A stretch of DNA of 64,000 nucleotides from an uncultured Rhizobiaceae bacterium (GTDB lineage Bacteria; Pseudomonadota; Alphaproteobacteria; UBA7879; VGCX01), in contig CAYGKW010000001.1 in NCBI GenBank assembly GCA_964350815.1, forward strand, positions 156,120-220,119. The letters run 5' to 3'. Every line of letters begins with the position of its first letter. Position 1 is the stretch's first letter. Below the pieces are notes generated by a model. The model saw only the letters and a list, made by a program, of their open reading frames with translations. It did not search any database and was not told the origin of the DNA. Shown piece after piece: positions 1 to 9,493 of the stretch. Position numbers and translations under genes: made by a program.

Positions 1-40
1 TTTTGAACACTTATGATTTCACACAAATGGAACCTTGGCC

Positions 41-1129
41 TTATACTTTGGTTGCCCTTTTCTTGGCCCCTAGAATTTGTGCAATCCCTGCCCGGAACTG
101 GTCCTTTTGACCTTTTTCCTTAACAATACCATGTTGAAATAAAAACCAAACCAAAGGGTCTGTTATGCGCCATCCTGAACCATATGATGCAATTTGATCA
201 TTTGGGTAAGTGAGGGAAAAAGTAAAAAACTGGTACTTAGGCAAATGACTTCTTATAAAATGCAATGTATTCGCACCATACCAAGCACCCGTGTAGGCCA
301 TTAACTCCCCGGAAATTTGTTGATTATTACTTTGATCAAATCCATTTTTATGTTCAGAATTTCTAAGCAAAATATTGGCATCTGGTAATAATGGGGCCAA
401 TTTTTCAAAGCTGTGGTATCCAATTGCAAATGGTTTTGAAATTTTCTTTTTCCCAGCCATAGGCGCCTTAAGAACTAACTGTAACAAATCTTCAAAAGCG
501 TTGTATTTCAGAGGTAACGTGGGGATAGGCAACCAATAAAAAAAGGAATCATATTTATCAAAATCAATATTGTTTTTTTCCTCACCAATGTTATGAAAAA
601 CAATTGTTTGAAAATCTGGTGTTGATTTAACCTTTCTTAAGGCTGAATTTGATTTTTCTAAATTTTCAAAACATATTTCCAGATCTTTATTTTCAGAGGG
701 ATTTATTTTTAAACCTAAATTATGGGCTTCATTATCCACAAACACTTGTCGGGCCATTGTAACATAATGCGCCAGTTGTGACGTCATGGCCCCAATAACA
801 CCTATATGAATATAATTCGTTGCAAAAAAATCTTTCGCCAAATTATGGTGGCATGTAGGGCACACCTTTTGCTCTGTCGTATGGGCACATAAATCACATT
901 TTTGACGATCACTATCATTTAACCTTTTCAGCAAGTCTTGATTTTGACCCTCAATCAGTCGCCCTTGTTTTTCTATACCCCCTTTGGGATGATAGTGGTT
1001 ATAAACCGCATCTTCTTCGTGGTCACAAATTTCTGGTATTGACTGACACCGCGCCAACGCTTGCTGCTTTGCAAGCTTTGTAAAACAATGGGGACAGGTA
1101 TATTTTCTTTTTATAGATTCTTTAATCAT
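41..1129 (-). CDS. Hypothetical protein with two N-terminal zinc-ribbon-like CxxC pairs (CPHC..C, CDLC..CPTCH). It is the fourth gene of the vWA/PP2C/kinase operon
   Basis: 362-aa ORF that abuts the kinase gene stop (1131) on the same strand. Cys pairs sit in the first 100 residues. No other recognisable motif. Confidence 0.5.
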   Translation of the reverse strand: MIKESIKRKYTCPHCFTKLAKQQALARCQSIPEICDHEEDAVYNHYHPKGGIEKQGRLIEGQNQDLLKRLNDSDRQKCDLCAHTTEQKVCPTCHHNLAKDFFATNYIHIGVIGAMTSQLAHYVTMARQVFVDNEAHNLGLKINPSENKDLEICFENLEKSNSALRKVKSTPDFQTIVFHNIGEEKNNIDFDKYDSFFYWLPIPTLPLKYNAFEDLLQLVLKAPMAGKKKISKPFAIGYHSFEKLAPLLPDANILLRNSEHKNGFDQSNNQQISGELMAYTGAWYGANTLHFIRSHLPKYQFFTFSLTYPNDQIASYGSGWRITDPLVWFLFQHGIVKEKGQKDQFRAGIAQILGAKKRATKV

Positions 1130-1130
1130 A

Positions 1131-3896
1131 TTAAACCTTAAATGGGTGTACTAACTGTAACTTATTTTGCCAAACTGGATCAATTATTTCTAAGCGATAT
1201 TGCCATTTTTTATTCAGTTTTTGGTTTATCAAAACTTCCATCCTATTCGACCTTTTTGCCTCTATACTACATGGCGGAATTTCACCAATGATAATTGCTT
1301 CAGGATCTTGATGGGCTGGGAACCGATCTTCTACAGCAACTAAGCGCATACGCGGTAAATGATTTTCACTATTTGCGGCTATTTGTAAAATAATTTTATG
1401 AGTAAATCCTTTTCCAAACCCGCGCCATTTGGCCTTTTTTACACGAACGTCATAAGCCATACTTGATATGTTTTGGTCCTTTAATGTATAGGGGTCGCCC
1501 AATAATAAAGGCTGTCCACATATAATTGCTGCTGGCCAAACATGAACATTTACATTTTCAGAAGACAATTTTGGTATTCTGGCCTGGCCAACAGAGTCTG
1601 TTTTTTCAACCAAACAACGATACAAGCATTCAATATCATTATGCCTAACTGCAGAGTTTCCCAAGCTTGCCGTTACCAGGCAACAAGGAATACGGGCATT
1701 GGATTCAGGCCATAACCATCGCGCTGTTATAAAATCTTTTTCATTATGGATTTGCTGCCAGTTTGGTTGGGTGAAATTAATGTTTTTATAATAAGTTTGA
1801 AAAGCTTTGCGAACCTTTGCAGCCTTAAGATCATCTTCAATTAAAGGGGCAAATTTTTCTTCTTCCCAATTTTCAACGATAACAGTTGTCTGATCTTCTT
1901 GAATGGCTCTATATACTTTGCGCCATGTAGATGCCAAAGTTTCTGCAACTTTTACTTTTGGTAAAAATATTTCAAATTCAGGGCGTCCAGCGCATATCTT
2001 TGGATCCCATAAATTTGCTAGCGTTTGCAAATCTGATTTTTCATTGGCTTTTTGGAATTTTTTTAATAATTCATACCGTTTTTGTGATTGAAGAATATGG
2101 TCTTTAAGGGTTTCCCCTAAAAAATTTTCTTCTATAAAATCAGATTCATGCAGGGATGGGTGTTTTGTCCACCAGGCATCTACCATTGCATCACTTTTAT
2201 CAATCAATTCCTTTAGGGAATCGACTGCTGATTTATGTACCCGGGCATCTTGAATGAATTTTTTTTGAGGATCATTTAGCCCAAATTTTTGATATATATC
2301 CTTATTTGAATCCCATAATTTCAAAGCTGTTGCATGTTTTTGTTTTTCATAAGATTCTTTGAATGCACGCCAGGATTCAATGCGTTGACGGGCAATATCC
2401 ACCCGGTCAAAAATTTCTGATTCTGCTGATTTAATACTTTCTGGCCATTGATGCTGAAAATATACTTCCAGGATTTGTCGTTCAAAATCTTCGTCAATAA
2501 TTGGATCCCCAAAAGAATCTTTTTTATCTGCCTTCTGAACAGCCTCTTTTAACCTAGTTAGTGATTGGCGGCGTCGACGAATTTCTTCTAAAAATTCTTT
2601 TAAAGGCTTGCCATTCACACGTTCTGTTGGTGTTAAAGGGAAATAATTTAACTTGTCATCTGTACTCCACCAATCCAAAATTTCTTGATCACTTTTACTT
2701 TGCAAACAAAATTCCTTAAATTGGTCCAATACTTGGATATATTCACACGCTTTTTTTATTTGATCCCTGTGCGTTGTAAAACGACTTTCTTTGTGTAAAA
2801 CCGTATTGGTATTCCATAGCCGGGCGATTTCCCGCATATCCTCAGTTCTAATGGCTTGTTCCAGCTTAACCACATCTTCTGTACGGGCCTGGCCTGCCAC
2901 TTCAGGAAAAACATCTACGCCTGTTTTTTCCTTACGATCACACCAAAAACAGGTATCCCCATACATAAAATGTTGGGAATTATGACTGCACGTATGCAAA
3001 GTTTGAATAACTTCAGTTAAAATTGTTTTCCATTTGCTGGCTGTCAATCTTTCACGGGGATTTACAAAACCGTCATTAAAAGTTTTCAAAAAAGCGTCCC
3101 GAATTTTAGGATGGAGTATTTCTTGGGGTAACGCATACATCGGACTTTGCACCTTACTATTTGGTGCAAAAGGCCATTCTCCTTTTAAAATAGCTGCATC
3201 TCTACTTTCGGGTTCTTCGCCTTCTGGCCACTCTCCACTAAAAGGATGATATCCCAACAACAAAAGGTGAATAATGATAGCCAGCCCAAATCGATCATGG
3301 ACCTCAGTACGATCTGTCTTGGAAAGATTTTTCCCTATAAGTTCATGGGGGGTAAACCCTTCAGATCCGACGGGGCAACGATACACATCGCCTTCTTGCT
3401 GAATTTGGAAAGAATCGGCATCTGTAATGGCAACCAGCGCACGATCATTAATCATAAAATTATCAGTTTTAATATCCCCAACCACATACCCTTTTTTATG
3501 CAAGGCTTCCATAATTGAGGCAATGTTATAAGCCGTAACATGTAGGTAGTGCCAGTTAAAACCTGGGGCATTCCGCTTGCGCAGTTTTGCATTGTAAACG
3601 TGGTTTACCCTTAAAGACCCTGAAACACGCGGCATAATAAAACCACAAAACTGTCCTTGATCATCTTGAATTAACCCTTGGGGCCAAGCAATAGATATAT
3701 GATTTTGACTTTTTGTGGGGTCTTCAGGGGGGTTTTGCACCATCGAAAGGACTTTGCTTTCATAATCGTGACGCGGCGCATGATATATTTTTGCGACAAC
3801 TTCAGGAAGGTTTGTCAGCCAAATCGCGCCCTCGCCCCCACTGTCTAAGCGCTGTTTTAAATCAATTTTCTGGCCTTTATCTTTTATTGAATACAT
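1131..3896 (-). CDS. Hanks-type Ser/Thr protein kinase with a long C-terminal region of unknown function (about 650 aa)
   Basis: Gly-rich loop SGGEGAIW, beta3 lysine in VAKIY, catalytic-loop-like VGDIKTDNF and a DFG-equivalent ITDADS. A Cys cluster (CSHNSQH..CFWC) follows the kinase domain. No TM segments seen. Confidence 0.7.
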   Translation of the reverse strand: MYSIKDKGQKIDLKQRLDSGGEGAIWLTNLPEVVAKIYHAPRHDYESKVLSMVQNPPEDPTKSQNHISIAWPQGLIQDDQGQFCGFIMPRVSGSLRVNHVYNAKLRKRNAPGFNWHYLHVTAYNIASIMEALHKKGYVVGDIKTDNFMINDRALVAITDADSFQIQQEGDVYRCPVGSEGFTPHELIGKNLSKTDRTEVHDRFGLAIIIHLLLLGYHPFSGEWPEGEEPESRDAAILKGEWPFAPNSKVQSPMYALPQEILHPKIRDAFLKTFNDGFVNPRERLTASKWKTILTEVIQTLHTCSHNSQHFMYGDTCFWCDRKEKTGVDVFPEVAGQARTEDVVKLEQAIRTEDMREIARLWNTNTVLHKESRFTTHRDQIKKACEYIQVLDQFKEFCLQSKSDQEILDWWSTDDKLNYFPLTPTERVNGKPLKEFLEEIRRRRQSLTRLKEAVQKADKKDSFGDPIIDEDFERQILEVYFQHQWPESIKSAESEIFDRVDIARQRIESWRAFKESYEKQKHATALKLWDSNKDIYQKFGLNDPQKKFIQDARVHKSAVDSLKELIDKSDAMVDAWWTKHPSLHESDFIEENFLGETLKDHILQSQKRYELLKKFQKANEKSDLQTLANLWDPKICAGRPEFEIFLPKVKVAETLASTWRKVYRAIQEDQTTVIVENWEEEKFAPLIEDDLKAAKVRKAFQTYYKNINFTQPNWQQIHNEKDFITARWLWPESNARIPCCLVTASLGNSAVRHNDIECLYRCLVEKTDSVGQARIPKLSSENVNVHVWPAAIICGQPLLLGDPYTLKDQNISSMAYDVRVKKAKWRGFGKGFTHKIILQIAANSENHLPRMRLVAVEDRFPAHQDPEAIIIGEIPPCSIEAKRSNRMEVLINQKLNKKWQYRLEIIDPVWQNKLQLVHPFKV

Positions 3897-4682
3897 TTAT
3901 GGATTTCCTAAAAATTTTGCAATAATAAGTGTACGATCATCATTTGATCGCTGTTGTAGCCGTTCAGATTTTAAGAACTTTTCAAGCTCTGCATCAATCG
4001 TCTTTTTTGATGGCTTATCTTTTAAAAAAACATCAAACGGTTTGAAAAATCCTATATGTGCCTCATTTAATCGGTGATCAATGGCCACATGGTCCAACCC
4101 ATCTGTTGCCAACGCCACAAAATTAATGGGTTCGCGCTGTACAAATGTTTGAACATCTAAGGTTTCATCTGTAACAAAACTTGTTTCATTAACGTATTCC
4201 CCTTTTTTACCAGAAAACACCAAATCATATTCGTCTTCTATGCCGGAAACCAAAAAACCATCACCCACTTGCAAGCCTAACAAACGATCAGGCATAAAGA
4301 TTGCAGCCACTAATGTGCTTGCATAATCATGGGGGTTTTCTTTTTTCTTTTTTGCTTCTTTTCGAATGTCTTCTCTGATAAGCACAGGGATTTGATGCAG
4401 CTGTTGTAAGGTTTTCTCAGATATATCATTTAAATTCAATTCTTTCATATACTGCATTGCTTTTTTTACAGTAAGCTGCGCCCCTTCTTTTGCTTTTGCA
4501 ACAGAACCTGCCCCATCCGCAACAATGGCGATCACCTGATCGGGGCCTATTTTTTCAATTAAATAAGCATCTTGGCATTCGCTATCATGCTGTCTGATTT
4601 GTTTTGCAACGGCACAAGCGCCTGTAATCCATGTCATATCATGTTCCTGTTGCTGCCCAACCTGATACAGAAGGAAGTTCAA
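3897..4682 (-). CDS. PP2C-family Ser/Thr protein phosphatase
   Basis: 261 aa with PP2C metal-binding motifs (IAIVADGAGS, QVGDGFLV, ALATDGL). Directly adjacent to the kinase and overlaps the vWA gene by 44 nt. Confidence 0.65.
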   Translation of the reverse strand: MNFLLYQVGQQQEHDMTWITGACAVAKQIRQHDSECQDAYLIEKIGPDQVIAIVADGAGSVAKAKEGAQLTVKKAMQYMKELNLNDISEKTLQQLHQIPVLIREDIRKEAKKKKENPHDYASTLVAAIFMPDRLLGLQVGDGFLVSGIEDEYDLVFSGKKGEYVNETSFVTDETLDVQTFVQREPINFVALATDGLDHVAIDHRLNEAHIGFFKPFDVFLKDKPSKKTIDAELEKFLKSERLQQRSNDDRTLIIAKFLGNP

Positions 4683-5325
4683 TCATATCACCACCCACCC
4701 TGTTTGTAGAAATACGGCGTACAGAGGATGATAGCCAACGAAATAACTCTTTAAATTTCAGGTCTTGCAATTGGATGGGGGGGCGACTTGCTGGTGCCAC
4801 ACGTTCAAGAATTTCCATATCAGCACCTTCCACAGCAATTGTAAAAAAACTGATACGTTTGTTGGCTTCAAGATCGCTAACACGTGCGGCGGCTTCTTTC
4901 CATTTCTCCCCATCAGTTGGGGCCCCATCTGTAACAAGAAAAACCCAGGGGCGATAATATTGCACGCCATTTGCTCTGTACACTTGTTTACGTTCATCTA
5001 AAGCATCTAAACCCATATCAATCGCACTTCCTAATGGGGTTTTTCCAGCCGTATTTAATATAGGGGGCGTAAAATCATCAATTGTAACAAAAGGTTGTAG
5101 GATATTAACTTCTTTGCCAAAGCTGATAATACTTAACTCTACTCTTAATGCCGCTAATTCATCTTGCTCTACGTCAAATTTAAATTCAGCCAAACCTTGA
5201 TTTAATGATTCAATAGGCGCCCCCTCCATCGAAGCAGAGGTGTCTAGGATTAAAACAACCGGGCATCTATTTTCTGGATTATCCACAAATTCTGGCTTTA
5301 TTAATGACATCATTACCTCGTGCAA
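4639..5325 (-). CDS. von Willebrand factor A (vWA) domain protein, TerY-like
   Basis: MIDAS DxSxS motif in VVLILDTSASMEG, followed by LVTDGAPTDG. No signal peptide or TM, so it looks cytoplasmic. First gene of the operon. Confidence 0.75.
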   Translation of the reverse strand: MHEVMMSLIKPEFVDNPENRCPVVLILDTSASMEGAPIESLNQGLAEFKFDVEQDELAALRVELSIISFGKEVNILQPFVTIDDFTPPILNTAGKTPLGSAIDMGLDALDERKQVYRANGVQYYRPWVFLVTDGAPTDGEKWKEAAARVSDLEANKRISFFTIAVEGADMEILERVAPASRPPIQLQDLKFKELFRWLSSSVRRISTNRVGGDMIELPSVSGWAATGT

Positions 5326-5566
5326 TTATTGTTTTAAGTTTATACTCTACCATAAGGTATTTTATATGTTAATAAATAGTGTTATAGTTAGACTTAAGAG
5401 CACTGCAGATTTTATGTCACACTATAGTGGTAAAAATGCTACAAAACGAAAAAAATACAAAAAAATTAGTATTTTACGTTTACACTAAGACCTAAAAGTG
5501 GCAATCTGTGTTGTAGAAGTAACAAGTCTTATGACTTAAGAAACAATAAACTGGGAGAGTCTCGAT

Positions 5567-6124
5567 ATGGCTGAAAGTACTCAACATAAGTTAGACCGCG
5601 TACGCCCTCCGCGCGTACAAATTACATATGACGTAGAAGTCGGTGATGCAATTGAAATGAAAGAATTGCCTTTCGTTGTAGGTATCATGGCTGATCTTTC
5701 TGGGGACAGAGACCCCGAAAAGGCAATGAAAGCACTTAAAGAACGTAAATTCACAGAAATTGACCGTGATAACTTTAATGATATTATGGCTGACATTACA
5801 CCAAGAGCAGCAATGCGTGTTGAAAACCGCCTTGGTGGTGGTGAAGAAAATGAAGACAGTTCCTTAAGTGTTGCTCTTAACTTTAAAAACATGGAAGATT
5901 TTGATCCGGTAAACATTATTAAACAAGTTGAGCCTATGCGCAAACTATACGAAGCGCGCACTAAGCTTAGTGACCTTATGTCAAAGCTTGACGGTAATGA
6001 TGACTTGGAAGGCATGCTTCAAGATGTTCTTGAAAACACCGAAGTTCGCGAAGAAGTTAAAAAGAACTTAGGTGAAGTTAAGAAGGACGAAGGTGGCGAA
6101 GAAGACGCTAAGCCTAAAAAGTAG
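5567..6124 (+). CDS. tssB: T6SS contractile sheath small subunit TssB (VipA)
   Basis: 185 aa with the canonical N-terminus ...PPRVQITYDVEVGDAIEMKELPFVVGIMADLSGD. Followed directly by tssC. Confidence 0.88.
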   Translation: MAESTQHKLDRVRPPRVQITYDVEVGDAIEMKELPFVVGIMADLSGDRDPEKAMKALKERKFTEIDRDNFNDIMADITPRAAMRVENRLGGGEENEDSSLSVALNFKNMEDFDPVNIIKQVEPMRKLYEARTKLSDLMSKLDGNDDLEGMLQDVLENTEVREEVKKNLGEVKKDEGGEEDAKPKK

Positions 6125-6177
6125 GTTGAACAATAAATAAAAGTAACATACGCTAGTCTTAATATAGGGAGGGCAAA

Positions 6178-7659
6178 ATGGCTGATGAAAAAAAAGCACA
6201 AGGTCAGGCAGCTGAAGGCCAAGAAAACCTAACGGTTTTAGACCAGATTATTCAAAAAGGAAAACTGGCCCGCGACGAAGAACAACTTGTTTATGCACAA
6301 GATATGGTGGATGAATTTGTTGAACAGATTCTTCAAGCAGGGGATACAGTTAGCAACAACACAATTTCATTCATTAACAAGCGCATTCAAGAAGTTGACT
6401 TGCTATTAAGTCAACAGTTAGATGAAATCTTACACCATGAAAACTTTCAAAAAGTGGAAGCAACATGGCGCGGGATGAATTATCTTGTTATGAATTCAGA
6501 AACAAGTACGAAACTTAAACTACGTGTTTTCAACGTTTCCAAAAAAGAACTTCGCGATGATCTTGAAAAAGCAGTAGAATTTGATCAAAGCGTTCTTTTC
6601 AAGAAAATTTACGAGGAAGAATATGGAACATTCGGGGGGAACCCTTATTCATGTCTGGTTGCAGATTATGAATTTGGACCTATTGCCCCAGACATGTCAC
6701 TTCTAACAAAATTGTCAAACGTTGCAGCAGCGGCACATGCCCCTGTGATTTCAGCAGCATCACCTACTTTGTTTGACATGGATGACTTTACTGATTTAGG
6801 TAAGCCTCGTGATTTGGCCAAAATCTTTGAAGGAACAGACAAAATCAAATGGCGTTCATTCCGTGAAAGCGAAGATTCACGTTATGTTGTATTAACAATG
6901 CCACGTGTTTTGATGCGTCTTCCTTACGGGCCGAACACGAATCCTGTAGAAGGCTTGAACTATGAAGAAGTTGTTGATGGTACAACATTAAAAACTTTCA
7001 CATGGGGAAACCCATCTTACATGATGGCACAAAGAATTACTGATGCTTTCGCGAAATATGGCTGGACAGCGGCAATCCGCGGTGTTGAAGGTGGGGGTCT
7101 TGTTGAAGGCTTACCAAGTTACACTTTCAAAACAACTGATGGTGATTTGGCTTTGAAATGCCCAACACAAATTGCAATTACTGACCGTCGTGAAAAGGAA
7201 TTAAGTGATCTTGGCTTCATTTCATTATGTCACTGTAAAGGAACTGACAAAGCGGCTTTCTTTGGTGGGCAAACTGTTCAAAAACCAAAGAAATACAATA
7301 CGCCACAAGCGAATGCGAATGCTGCAACATCTGCACGCATCCCATATTTGCTGGCGGCGTCACGCTTTGCGCATTACATTAAGTCAATCATGCGGGATAA
7401 AATTGGGTCCTTTATGACTCGTGATCAAGTTCAACGCTATTTGCAAACTTGGATCTCTCAGTATGTATTGTTAAATGATGATGCATCACAATCAATGAAA
7501 GCTCGCTTCCCACTTCGTGAAGCCCGTATTGATGTATTTGATGTACCAGGCGAACCTGGAAAATTCCGTGCAACAGTATTCTTAAGGCCGCACTTCCAAT
7601 TGGAAGAATTGACAGCGTCCATCAGGCTTGTTGCTGAATTGCCTCCACCTGCAGGTTGA
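6178..7659 (+). CDS. tssC: T6SS contractile sheath large subunit TssC (VipB)
   Basis: 493 aa that matches the TssC family along its full length (LMRLPYGP, GWTAAIRGVEGGG...). Confidence 0.9.
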   Translation: MADEKKAQGQAAEGQENLTVLDQIIQKGKLARDEEQLVYAQDMVDEFVEQILQAGDTVSNNTISFINKRIQEVDLLLSQQLDEILHHENFQKVEATWRGMNYLVMNSETSTKLKLRVFNVSKKELRDDLEKAVEFDQSVLFKKIYEEEYGTFGGNPYSCLVADYEFGPIAPDMSLLTKLSNVAAAAHAPVISAASPTLFDMDDFTDLGKPRDLAKIFEGTDKIKWRSFRESEDSRYVVLTMPRVLMRLPYGPNTNPVEGLNYEEVVDGTTLKTFTWGNPSYMMAQRITDAFAKYGWTAAIRGVEGGGLVEGLPSYTFKTTDGDLALKCPTQIAITDRREKELSDLGFISLCHCKGTDKAAFFGGQTVQKPKKYNTPQANANAATSARIPYLLAASRFAHYIKSIMRDKIGSFMTRDQVQRYLQTWISQYVLLNDDASQSMKARFPLREARIDVFDVPGEPGKFRATVFLRPHFQLEELTASIRLVAELPPPAG

Positions 7660-7716
7660 TCCTAGATCAGCCCAGGTTGGCGATTATGTGGAATAGAATA
7701 AGAACATAGGTGTAAG

Positions 7717-8247
7717 ATGAAGAACGATATAGTTGTAATGATGGTTGAAAATGTTGACGCAATGTGTGGAAGCGTCAAGTACGAAGGATATGCAAGAGGA
7801 ATTCGTCTTCTTGAATTTCCTGAAGTCCAAACCATTAACTCTGCAGAAGCATCCCACAGTATCGGAATTCGTCCAAACAACGGGGAATGTTTACCCATTA
7901 CTGTACGCACACACTATGACAAAAGTGTTCCTAAAGGCCTTGAAGCCATGGTTAAAGGTACAAACCTAACGAAGATTAGTATTTTCCACCTTGTATCAAC
8001 TGGCGGAGACACACTTACCTTAAATAGGTATATTGAAATGTCAGATGTTTATTTAATTAAATACAGCCTGCACTATTTTGATGCATTTAACCACGAATCA
8101 CCGCAAGGTGGGGTTGCCACATACACATTTAAATTTGATGAGTTTTCATCTGTTGCCAATGTGTTTGATGATCAAATGCAAGAACAAGGTAAAACTGGTT
8201 ACATGACCAACAATACAAAACGCTTAACAGGTAACACAGGCGGATAA
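7717..8247 (+). CDS. hcp: Hcp (T6SS inner tube protein)
   Basis: 176 aa, the right size for Hcp. N-terminus MKNDIVVMMVENVDAMCGSVKYEGYARGIRLLEF.. follows the Hcp pattern. Sits between tssC and tssE. Confidence 0.6.
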   Translation: MKNDIVVMMVENVDAMCGSVKYEGYARGIRLLEFPEVQTINSAEASHSIGIRPNNGECLPITVRTHYDKSVPKGLEAMVKGTNLTKISIFHLVSTGGDTLTLNRYIEMSDVYLIKYSLHYFDAFNHESPQGGVATYTFKFDEFSSVANVFDDQMQEQGKTGYMTNNTKRLTGNTGG

Positions 8248-8271
8248 TTTTTTTAAAAAGCGGAGTAAGCC

Positions 8272-8928
8272 ATGGTAGAAAGACCATACAATTCATTAGA
8301 AAGCAGTCAAGTTAACGATGGGCAGATTGTTGCCTCTCCTACGTGTTTACTAACTTCAACAGTTCATGAAGGTGGGGTTAGCGTTGGAACTATTGAAAAT
8401 GCACATGAAGTATTTTATTACTTTATTTCTGCTTCCCGTGCATCATTACCTGGGTATCATGGACTTCATGAATCCACAGCAAAGATTCGTTTTAGTGCTT
8501 TGAACATTGCATTACACAACAACAGCTATACAGAACCTTTCATGAAGGCTGTATACAGTGGGGCAAGTATTGGGGATATTGAAATCACAAGTCTTCAACA
8601 CTCTGGTGAAGAATCTTTACCAAGCTTCACAATGCAATACAAAAATTGTCGCCCAGTAAGCGGTAAAGTTTCCAGATTAAACGTTGGCGGTCGCTTAGGT
8701 GAAAATGTCATGAGTCGTGGGCATTATGAAGATCGCCTTGATATTGTCAATCGTTCTGTTGATGCAGATGATCCGTATAATCGCACAGCAGAAGTTACAG
8801 CATGTTGCCTTAAAATTCTTTTTGATCAGGTATCCATTGTTTATCATGCATTAACTGAAACTGGTGAAGTTGACGGTCAAATTGCAGGTGGATTTAACTT
8901 GGTTAAAAACACAACAGAGCTTGAATAA
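8272..8928 (+). CDS. Hypothetical protein, possibly a divergent second Hcp-like paralog
   Basis: 218 aa. The central and C-terminal segments (PFMKAVYSGASIGDIEITSLQHSGEE...; TAEVTACCLKILFDQ) resemble Hcp beta-strand patterns. Embedded in the T6SS operon. Confidence 0.3.
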   Translation: MVERPYNSLESSQVNDGQIVASPTCLLTSTVHEGGVSVGTIENAHEVFYYFISASRASLPGYHGLHESTAKIRFSALNIALHNNSYTEPFMKAVYSGASIGDIEITSLQHSGEESLPSFTMQYKNCRPVSGKVSRLNVGGRLGENVMSRGHYEDRLDIVNRSVDADDPYNRTAEVTACCLKILFDQVSIVYHALTETGEVDGQIAGGFNLVKNTTELE

Positions 8929-8935
8929 ATAGGTC

Positions 8936-9493
8936 GTGGCAAGAAAGTGGACAGACAAAGGGGCAGATGCCCCCTTATTCGACAAGCTTCGTGATGAAAA
9001 TCCACAAACCAAAGAAGAACATCCTATCTTTAAAAAATATGATCGCAAGGAACTTTTAGTATCTGTACAACAAGAAGTTTCAAACATCTTAAACACCCGT
9101 TGTAAAATGCCATACGAAGAGTACAAAAATTTGGATCCTTCTGATCTAGAGTATGGATTTCCTGAACTATTTGGCCTGCCTGACCAATCTTATGCTGACC
9201 CACGATCCCCAGAAGGGGCAGATAAAATGGCAGATTTAATTGCCAATGCCATTGAAATATTTGAACCTAGGTTAGCAAATATTTCTATCGAAATACAAGA
9301 TTTCCACAAACAAAATCAATCTTTATCTGTTGGTGTCAGTGGAGATTTAGTGATAGGGGAAATACGCGAACCAATTTCATTCCCTGTTTCTGTTCAAGAC
9401 TATGGATCTGTCGCAACGCAAGAAAAAGTTGGGTATGACACAACTGCCAAAATAGAGTATAATAAAAATGATTCTGAGGGGGCAGATGAATGA
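8936..9493 (+). CDS. tssE: T6SS baseplate protein TssE (gp25-like)
   Basis: Carries the LFDKLRDE, ILNTR, FGLPD and FEPRL motifs typical of TssE. Apparent GTG start. Its 3' end overlaps tssF. Confidence 0.8.
   Translation: MARKWTDKGADAPLFDKLRDENPQTKEEHPIFKKYDRKELLVSVQQEVSNILNTRCKMPYEEYKNLDPSDLEYGFPELFGLPDQSYADPRSPEGADKMADLIANAIEIFEPRLANISIEIQDFHKQNQSLSVGVSGDLVIGEIREPISFPVSVQDYGSVATQEKVGYDTTAKIEYNKNDSEGADE

Noticed and set aside
5581-6015. 144-aa ORF antisense to tssB
   Set aside because: Fully nested in a strongly conserved tssB frame. Spurious.
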